The notes under the pieces are model-generated. The model was not told the origin of the DNA. It saw only the letters and a program-made list of their open reading frames with translations, and ran no database searches. Source: an uncultured bacterium (GTDB lineage: Bacteria; Abyssobacteria; SURF-5). Taken from it: a stretch of DNA of 13,986 nucleotides. The translations under genes and the position numbers were made by a program. Below are positions 13,931-13,986 of the stretch, piece after piece. The DNA lies in the NCBI GenBank assembly GCA_964510165.1, contig CAZEBC010000101.1, positions 1 to 13,986 on the forward strand, given 5' to 3'. How positions within the stretch are numbered: position 1 is the first letter of the stretch; each line of letters opens with the position of its first letter.

Positions 13931-13954
13931 GTGGGGGCGCAATTCATTGCGCCC
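13931..13954. repeat. REP-like palindrome GTGG-GGGCGCAAT-tc-ATTGCGCCC
   Basis: GTRG tetranucleotide followed by perfect 9-bp arms. Confidence 0.7.
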
Positions 13955-13986
13955 GTGCTGGCGACTTGGCCGGTCGCCATTGAAAA

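Overview
GC-rich bacterial chromosomal window with 13 credible protein genes and no rRNA, tRNA, CRISPR array or transposase. In order: a 3'-truncated response regulator (-); an HD-domain protein (-); a DUF4203/TMEM198-like membrane protein; a HEAT-repeat protein with a YbjN/T3SS-chaperone-like C-terminal domain, overlapping a eukaryote-type (UAP1/AGX-like) UDP-N-acetylhexosamine pyrophosphorylase; an ADP-forming acyl-CoA synthetase alpha-like protein; a stand-alone HDOD protein behind a sigma54 promoter with a tandem upstream repeat; a secreted SMP-30/gluconolactonase-like beta-propeller; an AtuA(DUF1446)+DUF4387 pair (-); and a three-gene envelope cluster (membrane-anchored Pro/Ala-linker helical protein, SurA-N-like/DsbA fusion, secreted 4-Cys GDSL/SGNH hydrolase) that may be a dedicated folding module. 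Intergenic DNA is unusually rich in short palindromic repeats of at least three families (boxC-like hairpin/G4 units, GTAG-type REPs, a perfect 22-bp GGGGACACC inverted repeat), and most sigma70-type promoters carry an extended -10 TG. All product calls come from reading motifs by eye; no database searches were run.
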